This document shows, in pieces, positions 12,667-27,600 of a DNA stretch of 64,000 bases (the stretch's first letter is position 1; every line of letters begins with the position of its first letter). The stretch is from Bugula neritina (Eukaryota > Animalia > Bryozoa): positions 26,428,628 through 26,492,627 of the forward strand of contig OZ037767.1 in the NCBI GenBank assembly GCA_964035545.1, given 5' to 3'. The notes under the pieces were generated by a model. That model searched no databases. It saw nothing but the letters and a program-made list of their open reading frames with translations, and was not told the DNA's origin. A program made the position numbers and the translations under genes.

Positions 12667-15600
12667 CACTACTACTACCACTACTACTGCTACTAATACC
12701 ACAACTTGTCTGCTGTGTCTACTGACTATGATGTATTACATTGTAGCAGCCGGACAAGAAAATCCGACACTACCTCTAAATCAAGCACTGCCGGTGACAC
12801 TATCAGAGTTAATCTTGGCGTGAGAATAACACATTTACCCTCACGCTCTTCAGGTAATACCTGTCAACTCTACTGTTCTTTGACAGTCATAGCTTATTAT
12901 CTTTGTTATAATATATGATCACATTGTGTGTGACTTCGTGCACCTAGTGCAAGTTATGTAATATAGTTAGTTACAGGTGTGTTGCAGTAATTTTAATTGT
13001 AGTGCTTGAGTATGAATTTAAATAATTTGTAGTTTCAAAGCATATATTTTTCTAACTGGTATTTGGTTTTCCCAATCCACTTCAAATCAAGAGATATGGA
13101 TCTATTGCAGCAAATCACATAACTTTAGCGCTGGCAATATCCTGTTATACAATGCTATCACTCTGTGTTTAGGTTCTTTCGTCCCAAGAATGAGTAGAAT
13201 TAAGCTCTACATTCATTTCAGAAACTAAGAACTCATTTCATAATGGTAGCTATTATGCACAAATGTTTCTAATGTCATTTTTATGGGAGACAGTAATAAC
13301 AAAAACCAGACTATGGTTTTGCCATTGCTCTTTAGCATTTAAATTAGAATCAAAACTTCGTTCAAACAAGCAACCCTTATAAATAAAGTATAGTATAGGG
13401 GCGGTGAACATTTACCATTTACGCACACGCTACCAACCATGCGGCAGGACCTCAAGGAACAGCAACTCCGAAATGTGCAGTACATGCTCTGTAAAAGAGG
13501 ACAACTTCTAATTACTCAGCATAGTGTATTACGGCATCTAGTAGTATGACAACTCCAAATATAACTCTTCGTTTTTTGTTATTAGATACAAGTCTGCGAG
13601 ATGGCTTGTTTCATGAGTATAAGAAGCATGGTAAGGTAACTGGCGTAGTGATAGAAGGCAAAGAAGCATCACGATCTGCTATTGTCAGTTTTAAAAAGTA
13701 TGTTTGTTTACCCTACCCATCCTTATCTACCCAACCTCTGCTGGTTATGTTTTCATTCTGCATATAAAATTGATTTGAAATAATTTGCTTAGCATAATTT
13801 TTAATTGGTAGTTTCAAAAAAATTCTGGTACTCTTTTAAATTTTAGTTGGAGTGTTCTGCCTTGGCATGCAAGCTTCACTATAGTGGTTACAATAAATTC
13901 AAAATGGTTTTTATAGAAATTTCGCTGTCATATTTTTTGTGTACCTTGATATGTCATGAATCTGTTTGTATTACTTGACTCACTCAACAGACCTTTCAGC
14001 ATATGTAATATTCTAGAATGTTCTCTTCACTGATTTTGGTATTGTAGACCTGAAGAAGCAGAGAAAGCTCTGGAAGCTTCTCGAGAAAAAAGCTTCTTTG
14101 GTTCTCAGATAGTTGTTGAAGCTCACGCAGGATTCGTGAGTGAGTCAGCCGAGGAAGAGAGCGACGAGCCAGAGTTTGACGAGTATCATGTCAAGGCCAC
14201 CAGGACGCTGTTTTGCGGCAACCTGGAGCCGCACACTAGCAGCAGTACGCTTCGTGAAACATTTAAGAAGTTCGGAGAGATTGTGGTATGTGCTTATTAA
14301 TCTGAGTCGGTGGTGGCTATACACTGTGTTACCAATGCTTTGAATTATGTGAATGTATGCTGGTCAGGATGAATTTGTGGTTGCTTGCGGTTTCATTTGA
14401 TGCAACTGTTTCCAAACATCAGATGAAAAATCTATGCACATGATGCTAAGCTGGGAAACGTAGAGATAGATATGTCTATGTGGTTTCGTTTTACAAAAGG
14501 CTATTCGATAAAATTTCTTGCTGGTGAATAAAATCTGAAATGACCTTGGAATGTGTTAGCTGCAGGTCAAGGACTAATGCATCTGTTGAATGATTCATTA
14601 CAGGATATAGAGATTAAGAAGCAAGGCGCTGCCTCATCCTACGCCTTTGTCCAGTTCTCTGATATCAAATCCGTCGTGCAGGCACTGAAGAAAAAAGATG
14701 GAACTCATTTGGGTATCAACAAAATCAAACTTGGCTTCGGGAAAAGCATGCCTACAAACTGCGTATGGATAGACGAGCTGCCAGACAACATAACTGAGAG
14801 CCTTATTAGGCGTGCGTTAGGAAGGTAAACAGTTAATTTAAGCTTCAATAAGTAGTGCAAGTCTACACCTGCATTAAATTCAAATTCATAGAATGAGTGT
14901 ATAATAGTTGTTTCTCCTTTATTTCTAATGACTATTTCATATGTAACCCTACATCATGCCAAACAGGATGCTGTGTATAGCTGTGAGATTTCATATGTAG
15001 CCCTAATGGAGTTTTCGCTCCCTGTGATATTTCATGAGTTGCTTGACTTTATAGACACGGTCTCATAACTGACGTAGTATTGGACAAGGAGGCTATGAGA
15101 GCACTTGTATCATTCCAGGCTACTGACCAAGCTGTAGCCGCTTTAAGTGATCTCAAACAGCGACCTCTAATGATGACCAAGAAGCTCATGGTGAGCCCTT
15201 CACACGTCAATGTTTTATTATATATGGTAAAGCTAGAAGTTAGAGCGGCTTGGTGCATCACTTTTTTTTCAGCAATTGAATTTAATTTTAGAGCAAATAG
15301 TTAAATAAATAAATTACAAATAAAAAAATGTAAAACTGCCACAAAGCATCTTTACAACACACTTCCGAGATGTAAAAACTGTTTTTGCTAAAGTAAATTG
15401 TATGTTATAACATTTTTTTATATAGCTCTAATATTGAACTTGTACGAACTATAGGTGGACTTTGCTAGCTGGGACTTTCAAGATAAATACAGAGAAAAAT
15501 TAGGGCTGCCAGCACCACCCACCCTACCTCCTCGAAGAGTTGGGGACAATGACAGATACCCTGCAAGGGGAGGGGCCATGGAGGTTAATGACAGGGGACC

Positions 15601-18600
15601 AATGATGCGTGGCCGTGGTGATGATAGGTTGGCTAATGATAATATTCAATTGAGTAATAAAAATGTGAAAAAATTTGAAGCATTTATATTTAAGATTAAT
15701 TGTTTTTTACCATTAAACTTTTTATTACTTACTGCTTATTAGGAATGGAAATCAACTATGTTATACTACGCAGTCTCTAGGTGTACATGTAGTTTCTATT
15801 CTCAGATATGGTGGCAACTTCAACGACAGAGGAGCTGGTTCCAGTCAGAGATATGGTAGGTCGGGTCCAGGACCAGGTGGAGATTATGGACTGAGAGGAG
15901 GAGAGTCACATCCTCGGTGGAATGACGCAGGTAGCATCTCACCTCTGGATCAGAGACGAGACAAGGTGTCCAGGGGGATTAGGTCAGATTTCCGGGGATA
16001 TGATTCACCAGGTAGGTTGGTTATGCTGTCAGCTTTTGGTGTATTATGTAATAAACAGCTGGTATATTGTTACCTTGTCAACAATGAGTGAGTGGATAAA
16101 CAATGCCCATGTTCTATCGTCACGGTATGTTTTTTATACTCTGTTAGGAAGTCGGTCCGGATTTGATGATTATTACAAGGGCAGACGAAGGTCAATATCT
16201 CCTGGAAGTAGTAGACTGAGCAGAAGGTCCCCTAGTCCAGGAAGTAGGACTGCCAGACATTATAGATTCAGTAGATCTCCTCCTAACCATTCGTAAGTTT
16301 GTAGCTTCAGTTGTGATATCTGTAATATCTCTTTTTAGTATTAAACTGCTGATGAATCAGTTCCGAGCTTAATATAGAGCTATACATTACTATACTATAT
16401 TACAGGTCACGTGGCCGAAGCATATACAGTAGAAGTCCTCCCAGTTTAACCAGTTCTGGCTTACCACGATCTCCACGGTCTCCGCACAAGTCCGTAACAT
16501 CTCAATCAACTCCTACAAGAGACGAGACTCGAGGTGTCACTCCCCCTAGTGACCGGAGTGGTAGAGGTTAGTTGAAATATATCACTAGGTTACTATGTTG
16601 TACAGTTAGATGATTATTAAAATATTATACGCATAAGCACAGCCAGAAAGATACCTTGGTGTAGAATCATTTAAACCGTTTCAGTCATGCTTGCAGATAG
16701 TGAAAGGAGGAGTCGTAGAGATGACTTTAACAGAAGGTCAGCTGCATCTCGAGGTGTAGTAAAGCTCTCTGCTGCCAACACTCCACTGAGCAGTAGAGAC
16801 AGCGATGCCGATTCTATCTGCAGCACTGGTGACCACCTGGATGACCTCCAGAGAAAAAGAAATGAACTGCTCTCTCAACTAAAGGTACTAGCTATACTAT
16901 TAAAGTTTGAGTATTAGGAATTGTGTCACCAACACCTGAAGTTCTCTTAGTTTTATAGAGAAGCTCAAAATATACTTAATTTCTGCATGTAATTGTCAGA
17001 TAAATTATATTGAGAGTTTTCAATATATAATTCACCAATGAGAATTAATTTATAGCCCGAGGTATATACAGTAACTGTATTGTTTGATGCACCACTGTAT
17101 ATTCAGAGTACAGAAATACCTTTACAGAGAGCACAACTCTTTATTAGATATGTTGTGTAAAAAATTAGTTGCATAATCTGGAGCTTTGTAATGCTACTGG
17201 GCAGCTTTTTTGTATAGAATCTTTGCTCATTGATAGCTTTATATTGTGGTCATGAATCATTAATGGTGTTTTAACAGCCACAATGAAGATGGATATAATA
17301 TAATGTAGTCTAATAGAAGTTATATGTAATATAGCTCTTTTACCTGGACTTTTAGCTAATTTGGCTGATAATTATTTTTTTAAGTAACTGTTAGCCACGC
17401 TGCACTACATTAGGTGACAGCAACCTATTTCTCTTTTATTGATATACTTTTTATGTTGCGCCATTATAGTTTATCTTTGTGCTGCTACTTTTATCTGCTC
17501 TTCCTTTATTTTCCCTGCTACAGGTAATAATTTCTGTTGTAAAGATCTTTTTGGCATTACTTAGTCGCAGTAAGCTATTTTAATTCTGCGCTATGTTTTA
17601 AATCCTGCTTCACAATTCGGTGCTCATTTGTGATAGTGATAGTATTCTATTTTCTCTGACTCAGAGTCTTAAATAGTTTGTGATATTTCAGGGTCTAGAT
17701 AATGACAGCCCTACCCCAGACTCTTCTACAAATATCAAGTGGGATACAGATACTTTGCCTCAGAGTCTACCTGATAAGCCAGATAACAGTTGGAGTGGCC
17801 CACAATCAACCCGAACTGCGGAACTCAATGATAAGACCCCATCTAATCCTTCAGTGAGAATTTATGTTATTATATTTTCATAGCAACATTTCAGGTTCAT
17901 TGACTGGTTGTCTTTTGATTATTATTGGTTTGTCTTAGATTTTTATATTGACTGAAATTAGTAGAACCCTTATTTATGGATAGGTTAAAGACTTGTTGAA
18001 ATCATGTAAAGCTCTATGATGATGGTTGAAATATGTTCTAATACTTAGTTATTGGTAAAAGCTTTTACTGAAATCACATTCATACCAACTATCATGTATT
18101 ATTTGTACATTTATTTTCACTCAATAGAATAATCAATAATTTAACAATACAAGTTAGATATTTTATAATTATTGCATGTCTATTGCATCTTTTTTACAAT
18201 CACAATGCTGAAACTAGTAATTTCTGATTCATAAAGGTGGACATAAAAGAGACAACAATAGACAGTAGACTAAGTATACGAGAGCAGTTTGAGAATATGA
18301 GACGTCAAAGTGAGCTCTCTAATTCCTCACTCAGTTCTACTCTAGGATCTCAGTTGATGAAGAAGTCTGTTGAAAAGACTCTATCTACCTCCCCTAAATC
18401 TGAATCCAGCAACTCGGCTGCTGTTTCTGCTACTTTCAAGAAACGAAAAGACAAAGACCGGTATACTTTCATATTTATTAACTTATTGTTTCACTTGATT
18501 GGGATCATTTAGTTATCATTTCTAATTTCTAGACTGTTCAGTTATAAAATTGCTTCATTTTATGCTTTCTTATTTACTTGACATCTTAAACATTGACATA

Positions 18601-21600
18601 ATAAAGTCACATTTGTGGAGTTCTTGTGCAAGAATAGCCAAAAAACTTCAATGTAATCTCGTATCTATTTTGGACATGATTTCAGATCGTACCGTAAACC
18701 AAGCAGCAAAGGACTGGAAGAAATACCATTGGATGGTGTCGGCCCACCACGAGAGCATGTGCTCGATCTCTGGGGTAAGTCTTTCATACCGTGTGCATTT
18801 CCTTGTTGCTCATTGTACTTTAAGTGAATTGTCCAATTATGCTGTGATAGTCTTATGGTTACGAGATGTATAGAGAACTGAATGTGAAAAAAATTTTTGT
18901 TTATAGATGCACTGAAGCAAAGACAATGCATGCAGCTGACCAAACCATGTGACCTAGCTCTGCCTAAGTTTGCTATGACTCAGTTACAATCTCCCAGAAG
19001 TCCGGGTGCTCAGGCTAAACGACTCTCCATGGACTCCCCTCTGAGTAGCCCCGCCCTCCCTTCCACTTTCTCTACAGAAAGAATTCCTATTATTAAAACT
19101 GGTACTTCTCTATAATTAATATACTGATAGAGATGGAATAATGGCATTTATAGTTTACTTCATGCATCAGTATTTGTGTATCTAAAATATTGCTTACTTG
19201 GGCATCAACTCTATTAAAGAGGTTGTTTGTTGTAAGAAGAATGTGGATGCTGTCTTAATGGAAGTCTTAATAGACTGTAAGCAATTCAATTATAACACGC
19301 GATCCTAATTGTAGACACTAATGATGATGATTTGGATGACGGGGAGGGTAGTCTTTCCCCTAATTCTAGAGATATAGCCGAGAGGATCCGTAAGCTAAAC
19401 GAAAGACTGTGCATTGCTGATAAAGCCATGTCTCAGGCTCCAAAGGAGATTCGTCCTTCCATTGACCTCAGCAAGTACAAGATTGTCAGGAAGTAAGTGG
19501 AAAATATTGTGAAACATTTTTTGTAGTTTTCATAATTTTTACATTTTTGCTTGAATTTTCTTTTACTAAACTTACTTACTTTTGACAGCCACTTTATCAG
19601 GGTTTTAGCTCCATCATATAATGTAAGTATTGGAATAACTTTTATGCTTTCATATAACAGCAAGGTGTGTTTGTACCAATTGCTAAAATTTTATATTTGT
19701 AGGCCCAAGACTGATGTTTTGGCAGTTAATCCTACAGCTAATTCTGGCAGCACCAACTCTTCTGGAAGCGCTTCTACAACGCCGGCAGCACAGAATGTCT
19801 GGACGAGAACCAGTATATTTGATCAAGACTGTGAGAGACTAGCCGCTGCCTCTGCCCCCACTCTGTCTACACCACTACTAGCCCCCCTGACTGCGCCAGT
19901 CTCTGCCCCCACTTTGTCTACACCACTACTAACCCCTCTGACTGCGCCAGTCTCGCTCTCTGTCAACAATGCTTCTCCTGTATCTGATGTCACAGGTGTA
20001 GTTCCATCAGACTCGGCTATGGAGTCTTCTACATTGCCGTTGGTGAGTCACCAGTCTTCTCATTTAATCTAGAATATTCTTTATTTGGGTTGCCAAACTC
20101 TTAGAAACTTGAATATACTTTTAATTTTAATGCAGTTTTGTTACTCCTGAGTAATTTAAATGCACATCGGCCTATATTTTCAATCATTAAGTTCTACTTG
20201 GTTGTTTAATCATAATGTATGGCCAAATGATGCTCCTCAGATTTCATTATATTTTAATTTATTCTGTCTATCCTTCATTCAAAATCAAAATGTCATATTT
20301 GTTTTTCTGACTACAGCGTGAGAAAGCGCCATGTGGAAGTACCCTTTCAGCTAAAAGCTCTGTGTATAAGGACATTGGCCCTATATCTCCAAACCCACCT
20401 GGCAACTCATCAGCTGACAGACCTCTAGGGGAGTTATCAGCCCCGTCAGCGCCGGTCAAGAGCATACTGCGCCGAACCAGCAGCTCTGATGGTGGCCGAA
20501 AGACATCATGGCCGCTGACCGATTCTCGGGCTCAACCCTTACAAGATAACCGTTCCTCACAAGACGCGAGAATTGTAGCCGAAGTCAAGCCTCTAGAAGT
20601 CAAACAAGAGAAAGAGTTGTCTGAATCACTCCCCTTCATAAAGAAGGTAAGGTATTGCACTCTACAGAGGAATTCGAATTTAAAAGTTGAAGTTGATATT
20701 TTGTAAATCTCTGAAATTTGGTGCAGTTATAATTTTGATTAACAAATCCGATATATTGAAAAACCTGTTTTTTTGTAAATGAATTTATGTATATCAGGTA
20801 GATTGATTATCTATTTTGCTCTTCAATTAACTAAGTTGAAATAAATATTTTCTCTTGGAGCTTGAAGCTCATAACCATGTTGATATTAAAAAATCTGATG
20901 TAATTGATGTTACAGATAAGGCAATGGGTGTGGAGAAATGCGTTTAAATTAAAAATTTCATATTTTAAATGTTATTTTGTAATGATTGGTTTTATTTTAG
21001 TTTTTAAATTTTTAAAAATATTTTTTACAATCTTGCAGGAGCCAGTATCCAGCCGATACGATTACCCACTTCCTGTAAAGCAAGAGAGACCGGAACACAC
21101 GGCTTATAAATCCTCGTTTGGCCGCCAAACAGAAATAAAACATGAGTCTAAGCCAATGACTACCTCATCAACTAAGCGCAGTAAACATGACTTTAAGCCA
21201 CATCTTGATCTTTTCAAGCCTGATGATGACGCCATCATCAGCACCAGTGGGGCTGAAAGAAAAAAACATTCTTCCAATACGGCTGTCCGTATTTCTGGGA
21301 GCAATGAATCTTCTCACTCCAAAGAGTTCACGGCTAATGAAAAGAGCAAAAAGTCTCATAAAGAGAAAAAGCCGGAGAAAAGGTCCAAGTCTGATCATAA
21401 AACAAAATCGGAGAAAATTGAAATTAAATCAGAGAAAAGCGATCATTCTAATCGCAACAAGTCAATTGATAACTTGAAAAGTGATAAACACGAAAAGCAT
21501 CACAAAAAGAAAGATAAAAATAAAGAAAAAGAACGGGAAAAAGAATTAGAAGTAGAAAGACAAAGGATGAAAGAGGAAGAAGAACGGCAGAAGTTACTGG

Positions 21601-24600
21601 CATTGGAGCAGAAAAAGGAACATGAACGCCAAGAAGAGCTGAAGCGGCAGCAAGAGATGCGTCAAAAGGAAATTGAACGACAAAAAGAAATTGAACGTCA
21701 AAAGGAAATTGAGCGTCAAAAAGAAATTGAACGACAAAAGGAAATTGAACGTCAAAAAGAGTTGAACCGTCAAAGAGAATTGGAAAAGCAAAGAGAGCAG
21801 GAAAGGCAAAAAAGATTAGAAATTGAGAAAGAGACTGAGCGTAAGAAGCAGAAGGCAGCTGCTCATCAACGTAGTCTAGATAATGAAAGGCACTCTGACA
21901 CTAAGGATGAGGACAGCTCGGAATCTGACATAGAAACTAAACCGTCCAAATATAAAAATAAAGTCAAATCCAAAGCTGCAACCTCTAACAAAAGTAGCAA
22001 GAAAAGTGGTAAAGAAACTGTACCAGTGAATAAAGCATCTAAAAAGTCTGCAAAACAAGAAAAGAGTTCACCTAAGAAGCAGCCAAAAAGGCGTAAAGGT
22101 GAGATAACTTATGTACTTTTTTTTTTAATTCAAAATTACATATATTAACACTACCTGCTGCCATTTTCTTTTTTGGACACTGCACAGTTTTCTTGCAAGT
22201 AGTTTCATTATGAAAATCTAATTATTTTCCAGCAATGATCATCAAGAACCGCTTGTAAAATTAATTCCAAGTTGAACTTTTTATGTGTATTTTTTAGTAA
22301 GTAGAGTAGTGGAATCTGCCACCTCTTCAGGTGAGGATGAGGTTGAAGATAAGACTCACACGAATGTTCCTTCTGAAGCCGAACATTCTCCGACTCTGAT
22401 AGAAGATGTCGTGGAGGAAGTAGTTGACCAGACAGACGAAGTTGTTGACAATCGAGAGCGAGAGAAGACTGAGGAAGAAAAAGCTAACTGGATGCTGGAG
22501 TATGCCCCATTTTTTGAGTCCATGTATGACAAGGTGAAGCGAAAGAGAACGGCTGCTAAGAAAGCTGCCGAAAAAACACAGAGAGCTAAAAAAGCAGTGG
22601 AAAAGGCAAAAGCAAGAAAGTGAGGAAAATCGCAAGCATATGTGTGGCCTACTGTATAAATATGTAGTAAAATGAAGTACATGTTTGTGCAGTGTAACTT
22701 AAGTTTAGAAGAACTTGGTAATACTGGTCTAATAATAATCATTCTTGTCTTGAGGATATAAGGCAAAGGTCAGTTGAGTATAATGGTGATTCTGTTGTAG
22801 CAAAGAAACAGATTCTGATGATAGCGATAGTGACTCTGAAGAGGTTGAGGAGTCGCCATTGTCTTCTCCTGTGAGAAACAAGGCTAAACAATCTAGTGGA
22901 AAGAAAAGTGTGCTGGTCACATCGGAGAGTGAAGACATGTCTCCTCAGAGATTTATATCTAAAGAGAGGAAGAGTGGCTCGGCCCACAAAACCTCGCACA
23001 AACAGAAGAAACTAGAGGCTATAAAATTATCCAACAAGCCTCAAAAGCAGTCAACTGTCAAAAAGAAGGTAAGCTTCCCCCCCCCCCCCCGGTGGTTTTT
23101 AGAGAATAGTTCTCTGCTTTTTCATGAATTTGTTTTGATGCCCAATGTCAAATTTTACCATTACAAGGTTGAGGGTCGCTTGTTTTAGGCCAACAAATAT
23201 TAACATTCACTGTGAAAATATATTCTATAATATTGAATGGCAGAGGTACTATGCAGGGCTATGTTTTATATTGTACATTCATGGGATATGATGATTCTGT
23301 TATATTATAATTCTGTTTTCCATCAAATGAATGTTTATGTCAGCATAGGTTTGGTGAAACAAAAAGCTTTTTGAAAACTATTCAAGTGACTACGAATTAT
23401 TTTCAAGTTTTTCATAAAAGACTAATTATTATTATTGTTGATGGTTTTGTTGATGGTTACGGCTATACACTTACTGTTTGACCTTGTTGCAGAAGCCGAG
23501 CACGCCATCGAAACACTCGGCTCTCTCGGCAGCTACAACTCAGCTGTCGGACTCGGAAAGCGAGAGCGAGGTGGACACCGTGAAGAGCAACGAGGTCAAG
23601 AAGAGGGTTTTGAATAACGTGTGGAGGAGAAACCCCAACGAGGCGAATAAGAAGAAAGCAACTCCTGTATCTAAAGGGAAGAAGCAGCAGAACCCTGCTA
23701 AACGAAAGGTAGGGAATGCCATGGTTCTCACTGCTTGCAAGAGTAGCAGAGTCGGGTGGTTACTGAGCCAGCCTCAAAGCTCTAATGTCAGCTAAACATA
23801 GCATAGCAAGGTTGCTAAACTGCATTCTGTTAAATGCAACATTATTAGAAATTCCAATTGTCCATCGTATTATCAACTTGTCTACTTTCTTGTTTGTGTC
23901 TCTTGATTAATTTGATGCTGACCTTATTATGCAGTTTGATGAGGCAATGTAACTCACAGTAATGGTATGTTATCCAACTAAATGTGCAATTTTATCTGAC
24001 CAATGCTTATTTTGCTGGAGTTTTATAATATATAGATAGCTAATAGATGAAATAAGGTACACAATGCAAAATAAAGGTTAGTTAGCTACTTCAGCATTCA
24101 AGTTTCTTCATAAGCTTCTGTCAACTGTGCCTATTACTTTCATTTACTTTTATGTAAGTTAGGAAACTTTTGTATCCTAGTCTGATTGTATTTTGTTGGA
24201 TTATGGATCCTAAACAGTTTGAAATAGACTGAGGTCTATTGTCTTGTTTGCAGACAAGTGCAAAGGCTTCTGCTCCACCCCCTACTACATCTGAGCAGAG
24301 CTCTTCAGATGAGAGTGATAGCGAGACTGAAACAGAACCCGTATCTCCTGTTGCTCCAGCATCTCCACCAGCACCGGCATCTCCACCTGCACCAGCGTCT
24401 CCACCTGCACCAGCGTCTCCACCTGCACCAGCATCTCCACCAGCACCAGCATCTCCACCAACACCAGCATCTCCGCCAGTTCCAGCTGCTAGTAAAAAGA
24501 GAAAGCAGTCTGCACCAACTCCAAGCAAAGTAGCTCCTAAGCGCCAGGTTTGTATCTTCTGTGTTGTATTTGGCAGGGTTGGGGTCAATTACATGTAAAT

Positions 24601-27600
24601 GTAATTAATTACAATTACAATTACATGAAGATTTGTCAATTACAATTACAATTATAATTACAGTTGAAAATAAATGTAATTAATTACAATTACAATTACA
24701 TGGCAATGTAATTAATTACAATTACAATTACTTTTGTTCTCGCAAGGAATAAATAGAAGTTACTTCTAGGGTCCAACTACCAGCGGCAATGGTGAACCTC
24801 TTTTGTTTTCTACAGTGATACTATTATGTCATTCCATACCAAATCAACCAACTTTCAAGGAGTCCCACATCTTTGTGTCTCAGATTTTGCTCATATTTAC
24901 ACTAAATGGACCTACACATGTTCAGATTACCACTCGTGAATATTTCTGGCCTGACACAAAAACATTTTGAGAAATTACTACTTTGGTGAACAAAGGTTGG
25001 AAAATTTGTGATTTATACTTTTAGACCAATTTATATGTAATTTAAAATTTGATTAGGCGAGTATTTGAAATTTTTCAAAATTTACAAAGATTTGTTCATA
25101 TTCAATGATTTTGCATATATGCACACAAAGTATTCTGTAGTATGTGTTGCTACTAGTGCAAATTGTTGGGTATTATCAAATCACAGCAAATTTAAGGCTC
25201 AGTCTGGAAAATTGATTGAGATATAGACGTTTATAGATTAGTCTAAAAATAGAAATCACAAATTTTCCTCAAAATGTTTCTCAACTTTTGTCCACAAAAG
25301 TAGTCAGTTCTCAAAAAAAATTTGTGTCAGGTCAGAAATACTGAAGAAGAGTACTTGAGGTATGTGTAGGTCTATTTGGTGTAAACATTAACAAAATCTG
25401 AGACGCAAATAGACGCGGGCAATTCGGTGAGCTGGCATGGAATGACCCTACTATATAGACCTAACTATCTGAACTTGTTATTTAACAGTAGGCATTGTAG
25501 AAAAAGGAGTTTTTTAAGATTTAAAAGTTTGAAGTAATTGACATGTAATTATAAAGTAATTGTAAAAATCAATTACATTAGATATGTAATTAATTACAAT
25601 TACAATTACAATTACATTTTTAAACCTCAATTACAAATTACATTCAATTACTTGAAAAAATGTAATTAATTACAGCCAATTACAATTACAAATTACAATT
25701 ACCCCAACCCTGGTATTTGGACAGTTGTTGAAGGTTATAGTGCAATAGCAGGTAATAACATAGTTGAGATATTATTATAATATAATGTATTATGTTTTAG
25801 AAGAGGCAGTCTAGCGTGGCTGAGGATACAGCCGAGCAAACCGCTAACTCTGCACCGGCTTCTAAAACTTCACAACCTGTCAGACAAATAAAACCTACAA
25901 CTAAATTAGTCAAACCTAAGTCGGCCTCTAGTAAGGCCGTGGCTGCTGCTCGTAGCAAGCAATTAAAGGCAGCAAATAATCGAAGTCAGAGCAGTGGCAG
26001 CAGCAGCAGTAGCTCATCAAGCTCATCTAGCAGCAGCTCTGGTTCAAGCAGCAGCAGTAGCAGCGACAGCGAGTCTGGGAGTAGCCGCAGTGCTAGTCCG
26101 GAGGCATCACCTACAAAGGTAAGTTATGTGGTGGATGTGTGATGAATTCCCTGCTCAGCCAGCTGTGAATGAAACGCTCTCATTATGGACCTAACATCAC
26201 TATCACTTATTATTATCCTGTATGTTTTAGGCTGAGCCACCCAAACAGACTGGAAAAGCTGCTATATCCTCCAAATCATCAACAGTTGAGGTAGTGTATG
26301 CCATATGTATGTGCATTTATTTACCTAGCATATTTACTTATAATGCATTTGTTGCGTACTATTCAAAACATGAATATATAAGTAGAAGCTAATTAGAGGA
26401 TAAAAGTATGAAGTAGTTTTTGCTAAAATTAACATCCGTTCTGATAGAGTTTCAGTTTTAGGGAGAAACAAGTGTATAGTTGAAACAGTTATTATGTAAT
26501 TAAATTAAGAGTTCAACTAAAGGTTTTGCTGGCGAACCTGTATCCTGTTGCTGGTTTCTTGTGGGGCTGTTGCTCTGCTTTTTGTTGAAAGGCTTATTCA
26601 AGTTTGGTTGGCGGATACATTTTAAGAATTGCAGATGATTTCGTAACCCTATTGGTGCCTCATATTTACCAGCTGAATATGAATATGGCTGAAAGTGAAG
26701 GCCAAGGAAAGAAAGCCAAGTCTAGCAGTGAGAGAGAGACTGCGACTAGCGACACGAGGAAAGAGACTTCATACATGGAGGTTGAGAGCACGACTGTGGG
26801 CGTCTTGTCTACTATGAATGACGACGAAGATTCTCTCCTTCCGGGACTAGTCATCGAGGAGTCGGTACCCGAGCATCTGACTGAAGAGAACTCAGCTGCC
26901 GTTGCGTCTCTCAGATCTTACACGGCTGAGGAGGTGTGTGCTGCATACAATACTGCTTACAATACTGCATGCAATACTGCTTACAATACTGCTTACAATA
27001 CTGCATACAATACTGCTTGCAATACTGCTTACAATACTGCTTGCAATACTGCTTACAATACTGCTTACAATACTGCATGCAATGCTGCTTACAATACTGC
27101 TTGCGATACTGCTTGCAATACTGCTTACAGTACTGCATGCAATGCTGCTTACAATACTGCTTACAGTACTGCTTGCGATACTGCTTGCAATACTGCTTAC
27201 AGTACTGCTTACAATGCTGTAATGTGATGTGTGAGATGTGTAAAAATGTTCCGGAAAATGAACACGGTGAAGTGTGGGGCACGTTTATTGTATAATAAAA
27301 AATAATTGCCCACTATGGGAGGGGGTGGGGGGGTCTAAAGCCTTGCCTAACATCGTAATGTGAATCCCCCTGTTGTGTTACCAGAACACAGCTGTATGAT
27401 GAGCTGACAAATCTGTGCTAAAATATTGTATCATATAATGTAAGTTATGCGGAAACAGCTTTTGACTAACTCATTAAGTGTTGATTCTGCTGCAAGAGGT
27501 GACAAGTCTTCTATATTATTATATGCTGTTGTAGACCATGAGTGACTATATAACGCCTAATCATGCAGCATCTTCTCCACCTGAGAACAAAATGGAAATT

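Noticed and set aside
24121-24588. Minus-strand (AGGDAG)n ORF and His/Gln-rich alternate frames
   Set aside because: Antisense and shifted readings of the SPEN APASPP exon
26134-26200. Possible C/D box snoRNA (GTGATGA with a GATGT/ACATC terminal stem) in a short SPEN intron
   Set aside because: No CTGA D box at the expected position and no identifiable guide
26902-27295. ORFs encoding (YCLQ)n, (YCKQ)n and (TILL)n, superficially metallothionein- or keratin-like
   Set aside because: Alternative frames of a 12-bp intronic minisatellite
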